Shown here: positions 17,938 through 26,504 of the stretch, in pieces
How the letters are laid out: the number at the start of each line of letters is the position of its first letter
Numbering within the stretch: the first letter of the stretch is position 1
Assembly: GCA_028279745.1 (NCBI GenBank)
Contig: JANQNC010000001.1
Location: 1,020,001 to 1,052,000 of the forward strand
Source: Candidatus Nanoarchaeia archaeon
Lineage (GTDB): Archaea; Nanobdellota; Nanobdellia; Woesearchaeales; JANQNC01
Length of the DNA: 32,000 nucleotides
Direction: 5' to 3'
Made by a program: the position numbers and the translations under genes
The notes under the pieces: generated by a model
What the model was told of the DNA's origin: nothing
Database searches by the model: none
The model's input: the letters and a program-made list of their open reading frames with translations, nothing else

Positions 17938-18267
17938 TTATTCTGATATTATTTCTGCTGGTTTGATCCTGTATTTTCTAATAATAATTCTATCTTTTTT
18001 TTCCAACAGTTGGTATGAGTCTGTTACTCGTTTTGCAACCTTATATTCAAGATATGTTTCATTTATTCCGTTGTGGTCTAAATCTTTTGTTACAATTTCT
18101 AATTTTGAGGGAGAGATATATCCTTTTTGTACTTTAATTATTTTTGGGTCTAGTGTTCTATCAATTTTATATATAATGCCTGCCATTCCTAAGACAAGGG
18201 TTAATATGGTAAGACCTAGCTTAACTGACTCTTTGGTTGTTTTTGTACAATAATCTTCATTACTCAT
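17938..18267 (-). CDS. Hypothetical N-terminally anchored small protein
   Basis: 109-aa ORF with one TM helix (LGLTILTLVLGMAGIIY) followed by a soluble domain of about 70 aa. Confidence 0.5.
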   Translation of the reverse strand: MSNEDYCTKTTKESVKLGLTILTLVLGMAGIIYKIDRTLDPKIIKVQKGYISPSKLEIVTKDLDHNGINETYLEYKVAKRVTDSYQLLEKKDRIIIRKYRIKPAEIISE

Positions 18268-18270
18268 TTT

Positions 18271-18675
18271 TTATCTTCTCTCAACTAAATCTTCGAGTAT
18301 TCTTCTGGCAGGTTCAGGAAGGGGTTCTATATCTAAAAAATCGCGTAAAACTTGTAAGTCTCTTTGGTCCGACCAAAATTTATTTTTTAGTTGTTCCTCA
18401 AGTTTATTATCGCTTAAATTGTCTTGAATTTGTCTCAAATAGGTTGCAGAAACATTTTCTTGAGTAATTCTTTTTCTATTCTTAGTTTCATGATAAACTG
18501 TATACTTTCCTGGGTTTAAGGAACTCCCCACCAATTCTACAGACGGTCCTAAAAAAGAAGATCTACTAAGCTTTACTTCTGTTGCATACCCAGATAAGGT
18601 TATATTAATTTTTAATGGTTCTATTAATGAGTAAAATCTTTCTTGATATTCAATTACACATTTCTCTTCATCCAT
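18271..18675 (-). CDS. Hypothetical soluble protein (first gene of the three-gene unit)
   Basis: 134-aa ORF. I recognise no family. Confidence 0.5.
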   Translation of the reverse strand: MDEEKCVIEYQERFYSLIEPLKINITLSGYATEVKLSRSSFLGPSVELVGSSLNPGKYTVYHETKNRKRITQENVSATYLRQIQDNLSDNKLEEQLKNKFWSDQRDLQVLRDFLDIEPLPEPARRILEDLVERR

Positions 18676-18798
18676 TTTACCTTCTCCTTGAATTTACTTC
18701 TTAACAATAATAACACATAACGCATATTTGATACTTTTTTCTTTATTTTCTTATTTTTACGTAATATTTATATATAACAAACATGTATTGTATATAAT

Positions 18799-19761
18799 AT
18801 GGCAGTAAAACTAGACTTAAAAGATAGAAAGATGCTGACTTTATTAGATGAAAACTCAAGAGTTTCAAATAGCCATATTGCTAAAAAAGTAGGACTTTCA
18901 AAACCAGCAGTAGAATATAGATTAAAAAGATTTGAAAAAAACAATGTTATATTTTCTTATTACAGCGTTATTGACTTTACTAAATTAGGATATTCCCAAT
19001 ATAAAGTTTATTTTAAATTTCAGAATGTAAGCTTAGAAGATGAAAAAAACATTATTAATTACTGGAATAAAACAAACAATTCTATATGGGTTGCACAAAT
19101 AAGAGGAAGATGGGATCTAACTGTTTCAATATTAGCAAAATCAAACTTTGAATTTGGAACAATCTTAAATAAATTCATGAATCAATATTCTAAATTCATT
19201 CTAGACAAAGATGTTCTACTGACAGAATACTCACCAATCTATTCAAGAGAATATTTAACAGAAACAAGACCGAATGAATTTGTTTATGGGATGCCCTCTA
19301 AACTATACGAATTAGATGATGCGGATATAAAAATTCTCAAAATAATTTCAAAAAGTGCAAGAATCTCAGTATTAGACTTAGTAAAAAAAACTGGATTAAC
19401 AAGAGACACAATCAATTATAGACTAAAAAAATTAATGAAAGAAAAACTAATTGTACAACACAGATGCTATCTAAATCTTAAAAACTTAGGAATAAACCAT
19501 TATAAAATAATCTTCAGAACAAAAAATCTTGATAAAATATCCGAGAAAAAAATAAAGACATGGGTCAGCCAACATAAGAAAGCAACGCAATTCCTCAAAC
19601 TTATTGGTTCATGGGATCTAGAGATAGAGTTTGAAACAGAAACTGAAGATGAACTGTACAAAATATTGACAGAAATAAGAAAGGAATTTTCTGATATAAT
19701 CAGAGATTTTGATATATTAAGAATAACTGAAACGTATAAGTATGATTATTTTCCTTTCTAA
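18799..19761 (+). CDS. Tandem (duplicated) Lrp/AsnC-family transcriptional regulator
   Basis: Two HTH_AsnC-like modules, each followed by an effector-like domain of about 100 aa. The first is LDLKDRKMLTLLDENSRVSNSHIAKKVGLSKPAVEYRLKRFEKNNVI. The second is LDDADIKILKIISKSARISVLDLVKKTGLTRDTINYRLKKLMKEKLI. Confidence 0.75.
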   Translation: MAVKLDLKDRKMLTLLDENSRVSNSHIAKKVGLSKPAVEYRLKRFEKNNVIFSYYSVIDFTKLGYSQYKVYFKFQNVSLEDEKNIINYWNKTNNSIWVAQIRGRWDLTVSILAKSNFEFGTILNKFMNQYSKFILDKDVLLTEYSPIYSREYLTETRPNEFVYGMPSKLYELDDADIKILKIISKSARISVLDLVKKTGLTRDTINYRLKKLMKEKLIVQHRCYLNLKNLGINHYKIIFRTKNLDKISEKKIKTWVSQHKKATQFLKLIGSWDLEIEFETETEDELYKILTEIRKEFSDIIRDFDILRITETYKYDYFPF

Positions 19762-19826
19762 AAAACCCACCTATTTTTTGGTATTCTAACAATTAATAAA
19801 GAAAACAACTAGTTTGCAGGGAAGAA

Positions 19827-21560
19827 TTATTTATCCAACAATCCCTTCAACTCATCCAACTCTTCCTTGATCAAATCAAAGCCTTTCTGCCAGAATTCTT
19901 CTTTGGTGATGTCAACGCCAACTTCAGAAAGTATTGTTTGTGGTGATTCAGATCCACCATAACCTAATATCTTGAAGTATTTAGGAATAAATTCTTTACC
20001 TTCTTTCTTATACATGTCATAAAGAGATAAAACCAACAAGTTACCAAATGCATAAGCATAACAGTAGAAAGGTGTGTGGTAGAAATGAGGGATGTATTTC
20101 CACTCATGTTGGAAAACTTCAGGGATTTTAACAACATCACCATACTGTTCCTCTAAGTTCTTCATATACAACTCATTCAGATCATGAACTGTTCCATTAT
20201 TGGCAATCAGAGCATGAGCATCTTTCTCAAAAATTGTGAAATAAGCTTGTCTGACAACAGTGCCATACAAATTATCTAAATCATTCATAATCAAATCAAT
20301 CTTTTCTTCATCAGTGGCATCTTTCAAAAATTTACTCTGAAGAAGCATCTCTCCAAAAGTAGAAGCGGTCTCAGCTAAAGGCAGACAAGAATGGAAATCA
20401 AAAATAGTTCTGTTTTGAGCTGCTAAGCCATGAATGCCATGTCCAAACTCATGAGCCATAGTAAAAACGTCTTTTCTTTTGTTCATGTGATTCAACAAAA
20501 TGTAAGGTGTAGTCTTGTTTGAAACCGTCCAACAGAAAGCACCACTTTGCTTATTTTCAGTCATATCACTAAACACATGCTCTTCATCAAAAATTTTCTT
20601 AGCCATATCAAAAGCTTGATCATTAAACTCTTTGTATGCGTCAAGAACAATCTTCTTAGAATCTTCATAACTGAACTCTTTAGCATCTTTAGAGAAAGGA
20701 GCATACAAGTCATATCTGTCCATATCAGTTAAACCAATAACCTTTGCTTTAAGCTTAAAATATTCTTGAAACAAACCAATATTTTTTCTAACTGTTTTTA
20801 GTAAAGCATCAACAGCTTCATCAGGCAAATCATTCCCTAAGTTTCTTGTAGAGATTGGGCTTTTGAACTTTCTAAGCTTAATACTTTCGTTCTTAACATC
20901 ATTAACGATAGTTCGGTAAATTTCACCTAAAACTTCTTCTTCATCCTTGTATCTTGAAAGAATTATGTCATAAGCTTTCTTTCTAACTTCTCTCTTAGGA
21001 TCTTTATAATGTTGAGTAACTTCTTCCTGAGGAACTTTTTTGTTGTCCCAATCAAATCTAAATCTATTTGTTACAAGATCATACATCCTAACCATAGCAC
21101 TTCCGCCCGTAAGATCTTTAAGATTAATAATCTGCTCTTCCTTTTCTTTAAGAGTATAAGGTTTGAATTGTCTAATGTTCTCTAAAGTATAATGGTATTT
21201 TCCAGAAGCTTTAATCAGTTCGTCAGCTTTTTTGTCATCTAAATCTTTGAACCATAAAGAGAAGAATAGCATCTCATTACCCAGATCTGTAAGAACTTCA
21301 TCAATCTTAGTTTCATGAGCAATGGATTTAGGATCTGCAGTGTTTTCAGTAAGTTTCAAGCCAGCATAAGCTCCAAGCTTCAGAGACACTTCAGAAAGAG
21401 CCTCTTTTTCTTTGATAATCTTCATGAAGTCTTCAGCAGAAATATCATCACTAAGAGTTTCTCTGTGTTTTTTGAAGTCTTCAGTTAGTTTTTTAACTTC
21501 TTCAATTAACTTTTCAGTATCTTTGAAATTGTAAATGTCTTCTAAGTTCCACATTGCCAT
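19827..21560 (-). CDS. pepF: Oligoendopeptidase F (M3B metallopeptidase)
   Basis: HEFGHGIH zinc motif and M3B-like length. The track start (GTG 21569) lies inside the SD GAGGTG (21567..21572). The ATG at 21560 (MAMWNLEDIY) is the likely start. Confidence 0.85.
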   Translation of the reverse strand: MAMWNLEDIYNFKDTEKLIEEVKKLTEDFKKHRETLSDDISAEDFMKIIKEKEALSEVSLKLGAYAGLKLTENTADPKSIAHETKIDEVLTDLGNEMLFFSLWFKDLDDKKADELIKASGKYHYTLENIRQFKPYTLKEKEEQIINLKDLTGGSAMVRMYDLVTNRFRFDWDNKKVPQEEVTQHYKDPKREVRKKAYDIILSRYKDEEEVLGEIYRTIVNDVKNESIKLRKFKSPISTRNLGNDLPDEAVDALLKTVRKNIGLFQEYFKLKAKVIGLTDMDRYDLYAPFSKDAKEFSYEDSKKIVLDAYKEFNDQAFDMAKKIFDEEHVFSDMTENKQSGAFCWTVSNKTTPYILLNHMNKRKDVFTMAHEFGHGIHGLAAQNRTIFDFHSCLPLAETASTFGEMLLQSKFLKDATDEEKIDLIMNDLDNLYGTVVRQAYFTIFEKDAHALIANNGTVHDLNELYMKNLEEQYGDVVKIPEVFQHEWKYIPHFYHTPFYCYAYAFGNLLVLSLYDMYKKEGKEFIPKYFKILGYGGSESPQTILSEVGVDITKEEFWQKGFDLIKEELDELKGLLDK

Positions 21561-21738
21561 AAAATACACCTCTGAACGTAGAAAAATAACTGGTTTATTT
21601 AAAGTTTACTTAGAAATGCATAAATTAAAAGTTAAATGGGGTGTTCCGCATTCTTTTCGATATTTTTCGGATTTTTTCACAGGTCACAGGACATTTTTGG
21701 ATGAACAGTTTATATGTTATTCTAACCTAAACTAATAC

Positions 21739-22470
21739 ATGGCAAAAAGACTAACTCGGCAAGAAATTAATGAAATCAATAAACTGATTGAAAAAGGGTT
21801 TTCTTTGAATAAAATAAGAGATGCCACTGGAAAATCAAAAACTACAGTTTATTATCACTTTAGACGATTTAAAGGGCCTACAGTTAAACCCATCACACTA
21901 AAATCTCATGATGAGGAACTAATTGGAGAGTTTATGGGTTTATTTGCAGGAGATGGTTGTTTGTATAAGACAAAAAATTATATTTATAGAGCTTATCTTT
22001 ACTTTAACATTATTGAGAAAGCTTTTGTTGATGAACTAATAAGTGAGGTCTTAATTAAACTATTTGGTAAAAAGCCAATGGTATTTAGAAAGGAGAACAG
22101 ATTAAACTTATGTTATTATTCTAAGAATATTCATGAGTTCGTTAAAGAATATCTGATTTGGGATAAGAGTTCAAGAAAAACATACTCTGTTAGATTGGCC
22201 AAAGAAAAACACACTTTTGAGTTTATGGTTGGATTTTTGAGAGGTTCCGTAGATAGTGATGGTTATTTCTCTAAGAATAGAATAAGTTTTGCTACTGTTT
22301 CTGAAGGGTTGATGAAAAACATTTCAAATTATCTATCTGAATTAAACATTTTACATTCTGTTAGGTTGTACAAAGAGAAAAGAGAGAATCGAAAAGACAT
22401 TTATCATATAACAATTTCTAAAAAAGATCATAAAAGATTTGTTAGTCTAATTAATCCCAGAAATAAGTAA
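21739..22470 (+). CDS. Free-standing double-motif LAGLIDADG homing endonuclease with an N-terminal helix-turn-helix domain
   Basis: Motif 1 is LIGEFMGLFAGDGCL. Motif 2 is FMVGFLRGSVDSDGYF, about 100 aa later. The N-terminal HTH-like segment is LNKIRDATGKSKTTVYYHFRRF. The gene is not embedded in an intron or an intein host. Confidence 0.8.
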   Translation: MAKRLTRQEINEINKLIEKGFSLNKIRDATGKSKTTVYYHFRRFKGPTVKPITLKSHDEELIGEFMGLFAGDGCLYKTKNYIYRAYLYFNIIEKAFVDELISEVLIKLFGKKPMVFRKENRLNLCYYSKNIHEFVKEYLIWDKSSRKTYSVRLAKEKHTFEFMVGFLRGSVDSDGYFSKNRISFATVSEGLMKNISNYLSELNILHSVRLYKEKRENRKDIYHITISKKDHKRFVSLINPRNK

Positions 22471-22479
22471 AAGGCTAAA

Positions 22480-22617
22480 TGCGCCGGCCGGGATTCGAAT
22501 TTCCGGATGTCTAGCCTTAGGACATCTCCCGGATATACGGCTTGGAAGGCCGCAGTCATTTACGGCACGTAAAGTGTCATAACTCAACTTCCCGTGTAGC
22601 CATTAGACCACCGGCGC
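22480..22617 (-). tRNA. tRNA-Gly, anticodon UCC, with two non-canonical introns (39 nt in the D-arm; 28 nt between the T-stem and T-loop)
   Basis: The minus strand reads GCGCCGG TG GTCT AATGGCT A [intron 22596..22558] GAC T GCGGC CTTCCAA GCCGT ATAT CCGGG [intron 22527..22500] TTCGAAT CCCGG CCGGCGC A. Exons sum to 71 nt and closely match the conserved archaeal tRNA-Gly sequence. The anticodon loop is uninterrupted. Confidence 0.75.
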
Positions 22618-22640
22618 GCATTTAGAAAAACTGGCAGTTT

Positions 22641-22650
22641 GTTTATAAAG
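22641..22650 (-). promoter_or_regulatory. Putative TATA box for tRNA-Gly
   Basis: The minus strand reads CTTTATAAAC, 24-33 nt upstream of the tRNA 5' end. Confidence 0.4.
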
Positions 22651-22659
22651 ATTATGCTT

Positions 22660-23253
22660 TTATCTGGGATGAAAGTATTTTCTATTTAGAGAAAGAAGTA
22701 TACAGGCCCCTAATGCTCCAAAGAAATTAAACAACAGATCAACGGCGTTATTCATGTAATCACCCACTTCTTCTGCAGCATTTAGAAAAACAACAGAAGT
22801 AAATTCAATGATCTCATTCAAAGAACCAAGACCTAGTGTCATCAGAACCAGAATGGTGTATAATAAGAAACTATTTTTCTTAATCTCTTCACTTAGATAA
22901 GGATTCAGTAAGTTATACAACACAAGTGTTATCGCAAACATACTTAGAAAATGAACTAGATTGTCATATCTAAACACATCCTGTATGAACCAAAGGTCAT
23001 AAAGTCTTATTCCGTCCATGTAGATATTGCCTCCAATAACATGCAGTACCCCTATGAGTGTTAATGCACCCAATAAAGGAACGGGAAGATTAACTCTCTT
23101 GTTTATTGATGTTATAGCAATGATAAGTATTGTAAGGATGAAGATGTAATATATGAATTCATAATTCTTATTGAACATAGAAATGATTGTGAATAAAAAT
23201 AGATAAAAAATTGTAAAATACAAAACAATGCTTGCTTTGGTTTTCTCTTGCAT
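22660..23253 (-). CDS. Polytopic membrane protein (possibly YjdF/DUF2238-like)
   Basis: 197 aa with about 6 predicted TM helices. Motifs YDNLVHFLSMF and NEIIEF, recalled from DUF2238. The family assignment is tentative. Confidence 0.5.
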   Translation of the reverse strand: MQEKTKASIVLYFTIFYLFLFTIISMFNKNYEFIYYIFILTILIIAITSINKRVNLPVPLLGALTLIGVLHVIGGNIYMDGIRLYDLWFIQDVFRYDNLVHFLSMFAITLVLYNLLNPYLSEEIKKNSFLLYTILVLMTLGLGSLNEIIEFTSVVFLNAAEEVGDYMNNAVDLLFNFFGALGACILLSLNRKYFHPR

Positions 23254-23333
23254 ATTGGAAGTAGATCTTATTTGCTATAAATATCTTACTCATTGTAGAA
23301 AAGTTTAAAATCAACAAACTATTAGTTAACAAT

Positions 23334-23657
23334 ATGAAAAGGAAACATGCTAAAAAGCCATCGGATCATGTAAAGATAGCAAAAGAAAGAATAAAGGAAT
23401 TATTCAAGCAAGCAGAAGATGCAACACAAACATACGCAAATAGGTATGTTGCACTAGCAAGAAAGATATCAATGAAGTATAAGGTTAAGTTTACACCTGT
23501 GCAAAAGAAGAAATTCTGTAAACATTGTCATGTTCATTTCAGGCAAGGTGAGAATTGTAGAGTAAGGACAAGAGACGGCAAATTGGTGTATTTCTGTATG
23601 GGGTGTGAGAAGTACATGAGATTTCCAACATTGAAGAAGAATTCTAAAAAGCAATAA
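23334..23657 (+). CDS. rnp4: RNase P protein component 4 (Rpr2/Rpp21 family)
   Basis: N-terminal helical region IAKERIKELFKQAEDATQTYANRYVALARKISMKYKV, then a zinc ribbon FCKHCHV...YFCMGCEKYMRFP. Confidence 0.8.
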   Translation: MKRKHAKKPSDHVKIAKERIKELFKQAEDATQTYANRYVALARKISMKYKVKFTPVQKKKFCKHCHVHFRQGENCRVRTRDGKLVYFCMGCEKYMRFPTLKKNSKKQ

Positions 23658-23779
23658 TTTAAGGGTTTGAGGGCTTCTAAAGGGCGTTTTGAACTAAGGA
23701 TAGAAACATTTATATATTAGTTATTATTACCCATAAGTAGTAAAAATGTTTAGGACTATAAAATCCGGATGGAGAAAAA

Positions 23780-23890
23780 ATGTACGAAGAAACCAACAAT
23801 CAAAAAAGAATAACATCAGAGGAATTCGTAGACAGACTTTCAAAGTCAGAACTATCTCCATCAGAAATGGATGAATTATTCCTAGACTAA
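23780..23890 (+). CDS. Candidate 36-aa acidic small ORF (overlaps an alternative 42-aa basic ORF at 23746..23874 in another frame)
   Basis: MYEETNNQKRITSEEFVDRLSKSELSPSEMDELFLD* is preceded by GGAG. The alternative MFRTIKSGWRKNVRRNQQSKKNNIRGIRRQTFKVRTISIRNG* starts 30 nt after a TATA-like box. I cannot tell which, if either, is translated. Confidence 0.25.
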   Translation: MYEETNNQKRITSEEFVDRLSKSELSPSEMDELFLD

Positions 23891-23964
23891 TCATAATCAA
23901 CCACCACCTCTATTTCCCCTCAAGGCGTCTTCGCGATGCCTAAAGGGGTTTTTTATGATCAAAA

Positions 23965-24180
23965 ATGGCAGACAAAAAAGAAATATATCAAACCGCACAA
24001 ACAATTTTAGGTAGGGCTGAGAATGCTTTTGAGAACGGGTATGGTACTAAAGCACAAAGAATGTACATCAACTCTTATGAACTGATGATGCGTGCAGAAC
24101 AGGAAGATCAAGCAGAAAAAGTTGCGGAAACATTCAAAACAAATTTTGGAAAAACAATTTTTGATGTTAAGTTAGGATAG
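23965..24180 (+). CDS. Hypothetical small helical protein
   Basis: 71-aa ORF. I recognise no family. Confidence 0.4.
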   Translation: MADKKEIYQTAQTILGRAENAFENGYGTKAQRMYINSYELMMRAEQEDQAEKVAETFKTNFGKTIFDVKLG

Positions 24181-24187
24181 TTCTATC

Positions 24188-24201
24188 AAAACATTTATAA
24201 A
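24188..24201 (+). promoter_or_regulatory. BRE/TATA-like element AAAACATTTATAAA upstream of the glycosyltransferase
   Basis: It ends 24 nt before the ATG at 24225. The same GAAACATTTAWATA word recurs at 23704..23716 and 26453..26466. Confidence 0.4.
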
Positions 24202-24224
24202 TTCTTTAAATGAAGGCTAATTAG

Positions 24225-25685
24225 ATGGAAGAGATTGCTAAAACTGAAGAGACTTTAAAGAAGTATAAGAAAGTAAGATTAAAAGATATACCAAACTTAA
24301 GATTTGGAGTATTACATTCTCAAGTGGGATTTGCAGATGGTGTTTCAATAGTGATGGATCAGATAGAGAAAACTATGTGCAAAAGAAGAAAAGTACCAGA
24401 AGCAAATTTCAGATATCTGGTTGGGAAATCAAAACACAAAAAAGAAAACATAACTGCGAGAGAGATACTGTGGCATAAACACCCTATTAACAACAAGATC
24501 CTAAGATTATTTGAGAAAGGGTACACACCAAAATTCAAAGGAAAGATAGAGGAAGCGATAGAGATAGCAAAGTGTGAGATAAGGGATTGGATAAAGAGAG
24601 AAAAAGTCGAGGTTATTATTGCGCACAACACTGCTCACCCTGTGAATTTCATAATGTCTGTAGCATTATCAAGATATTACCGAGAGACAATATTAAATGG
24701 AGATGAAACGCCAAAATATATCTTATGGTGGCATGACTCACATCTAGAAAGAGCAAGATTCAGCAATCCTTCACCAGGGATCAAAAACTATCTGCTAGAA
24801 GGCGTGCCAGGTCCATACCCTGAATATATAGTTTTCATAAACAGCACGCAGTATGGGATAGCAGAAAGGTATTTCCAGATCATAGATAAGATACGACCTG
24901 GTTATTTTGATGACATATTCGAAAGATATGACGTAATCTACAATACAACTAATACGTTTGTAAAATCATACGAAGAGGTAGAGAAAAAGGAAAGAGCATT
25001 GCATGAAAACTTCTTAGACTACTTTAACATGAAAGAGATCCTTTCAGAGAGGATAGAGTTGAATGATATCCAATTCGTATTACAGCACACAAGAGTAGTC
25101 CCAAGAAAAAGAATAGACTTTGCTTTGAAATACTGTTTTGAGCTAAACAAAGGGTTGAAGAAAGAGAAGTCAAAGAAAGCAGTGGTGTTATTTATTTCAG
25201 GACACAGTGGAGACGAGCTTGGAAATTACAAGAGAAAACTGATTAACCTGCATAAAAAACTAGCAAAACAGTACAAGACAGACAGAGTACATCTAATATT
25301 TGCAGAAGATTATGAGAGTGACATAAATTTTGAGGAGTTCCCTTTAATCATGGCAGAACTGGGAGGAATATCCACCTTCTTCAGCGAAGTAGAAGGATTT
25401 GGAAATAACTTGTTAGAGGTCTTAGCAAATGGATTGATACCTCTAGTTTACACATACCCTGTGTTTAAGTCAGATATAGAAAACAAAGGATTTAAGGTTG
25501 TGTCAGTATCGGACTTTGAAGTTACAAAAGAGTCTGTAGATGAAACATTAAGTCTGATAAGAAGCCCGCAAAAAAGAAGAAATTGGGTAAATCAAAACTT
25601 GACTGTATTGAAAAAATTCTTTTCACATAAAATCATTTCTAGAAAGCTAGCAAGAGCTATAATTCGGAAGAGGATAAAGAATTAA
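24225..25685 (+). CDS. GT-B fold glycosyltransferase (GT4-like)
   Basis: The C-terminal half carries the E-x-FG-x4-E type motif SEVEGFGNNLLEVLANGLIPLV. N-terminal signature FGVLHSQVGFADGVSIVMDQ. The acceptor and donor cannot be inferred. Confidence 0.6.
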   Translation: MEEIAKTEETLKKYKKVRLKDIPNLRFGVLHSQVGFADGVSIVMDQIEKTMCKRRKVPEANFRYLVGKSKHKKENITAREILWHKHPINNKILRLFEKGYTPKFKGKIEEAIEIAKCEIRDWIKREKVEVIIAHNTAHPVNFIMSVALSRYYRETILNGDETPKYILWWHDSHLERARFSNPSPGIKNYLLEGVPGPYPEYIVFINSTQYGIAERYFQIIDKIRPGYFDDIFERYDVIYNTTNTFVKSYEEVEKKERALHENFLDYFNMKEILSERIELNDIQFVLQHTRVVPRKRIDFALKYCFELNKGLKKEKSKKAVVLFISGHSGDELGNYKRKLINLHKKLAKQYKTDRVHLIFAEDYESDINFEEFPLIMAELGGISTFFSEVEGFGNNLLEVLANGLIPLVYTYPVFKSDIENKGFKVVSVSDFEVTKESVDETLSLIRSPQKRRNWVNQNLTVLKKFFSHKIISRKLARAIIRKRIKN

Positions 25686-26385
25686 CTTTTTTCTTTAGTT
25701 TTTGGTATAGGTTGTATGTTTCTGGATGTCTTCTTACTAAAACTGTATCCATCACAGAATGGAACATTCCGTCATTAAGGTAGGGGAGAAATTCTTGCCA
25801 ATCGCTATGTATTGCACTGTCCACAGGAGTTTTAAAATGCTCATTTTTAACCAAGAAGTTTGCACATTCAAAATCTTTTTTTAGCTGCTTATAGGTTTTC
25901 TTTATTTTTCTTTTCTCAAAAAAAGATAACTTGTTTTGTTCTTCATGGAATCTTTCGTGGGTTAGTACTTCATCAAATTTTTTATGTTCAAGCAATCTTT
26001 TAGGGATTAGTGTGCTGTTGCTTCGGGTCATCATAGTATAGAACGAACCTATCTCGAAATCACCATATCCTTGCTTTTCAAGTTCGTTAGAATACTGTTT
26101 TCTACTGCCCAAACTTAAGATTGCATAATTTACGTGTAGGCCAGTTGGCACACCCCCAATAACTATTCTTGTGAAAGTGTTGTATACGCTGTCAGGCAAG
26201 ACATATTCATTGTCTCTTAGTTTCTTTACGTCATCTGCATATCTGCTAAGATGTTTTTTGTAGCTGTCTTGATGTTTCATGGCTATGTTCATACTTACGC
26301 TTTTGATATGCGAAGCACAGCCTGCTGCAGATATTCCTATACCTATTGCAAGTAGGTATGGAAGTAGTTTTTTGGGTGCTTTCAT
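25657..26385 (-). CDS. Lipoprotein with a possible HExxH metallopeptidase motif
   Basis: Signal peptide with lipobox ISAAGC, and an internal THERFHEEQ. Its 3' end overlaps the convergent glycosyltransferase gene by 29 nt. Confidence 0.5.
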   Translation of the reverse strand: MKAPKKLLPYLLAIGIGISAAGCASHIKSVSMNIAMKHQDSYKKHLSRYADDVKKLRDNEYVLPDSVYNTFTRIVIGGVPTGLHVNYAILSLGSRKQYSNELEKQGYGDFEIGSFYTMMTRSNSTLIPKRLLEHKKFDEVLTHERFHEEQNKLSFFEKRKIKKTYKQLKKDFECANFLVKNEHFKTPVDSAIHSDWQEFLPYLNDGMFHSVMDTVLVRRHPETYNLYQKLKKKVNSLSSSEL

Positions 26386-26504
26386 GTAATTGGGGTGTTT
26401 GGGGTTATTTATAAACCTTTCTTATTTTACTACTTATAAGTAGTTAAAAAACGAAACATTTAAATAGGGGTTATGCATTCCATATATAAAAAACAGGTGA
26501 TAAA

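Noticed and set aside
17258-18467. Plus-strand ORFs 17258..17446, 17963..18253 and 18237..18467
   Set aside because: They are antisense to dus and to the three-gene small-protein operon, and they have no start context.
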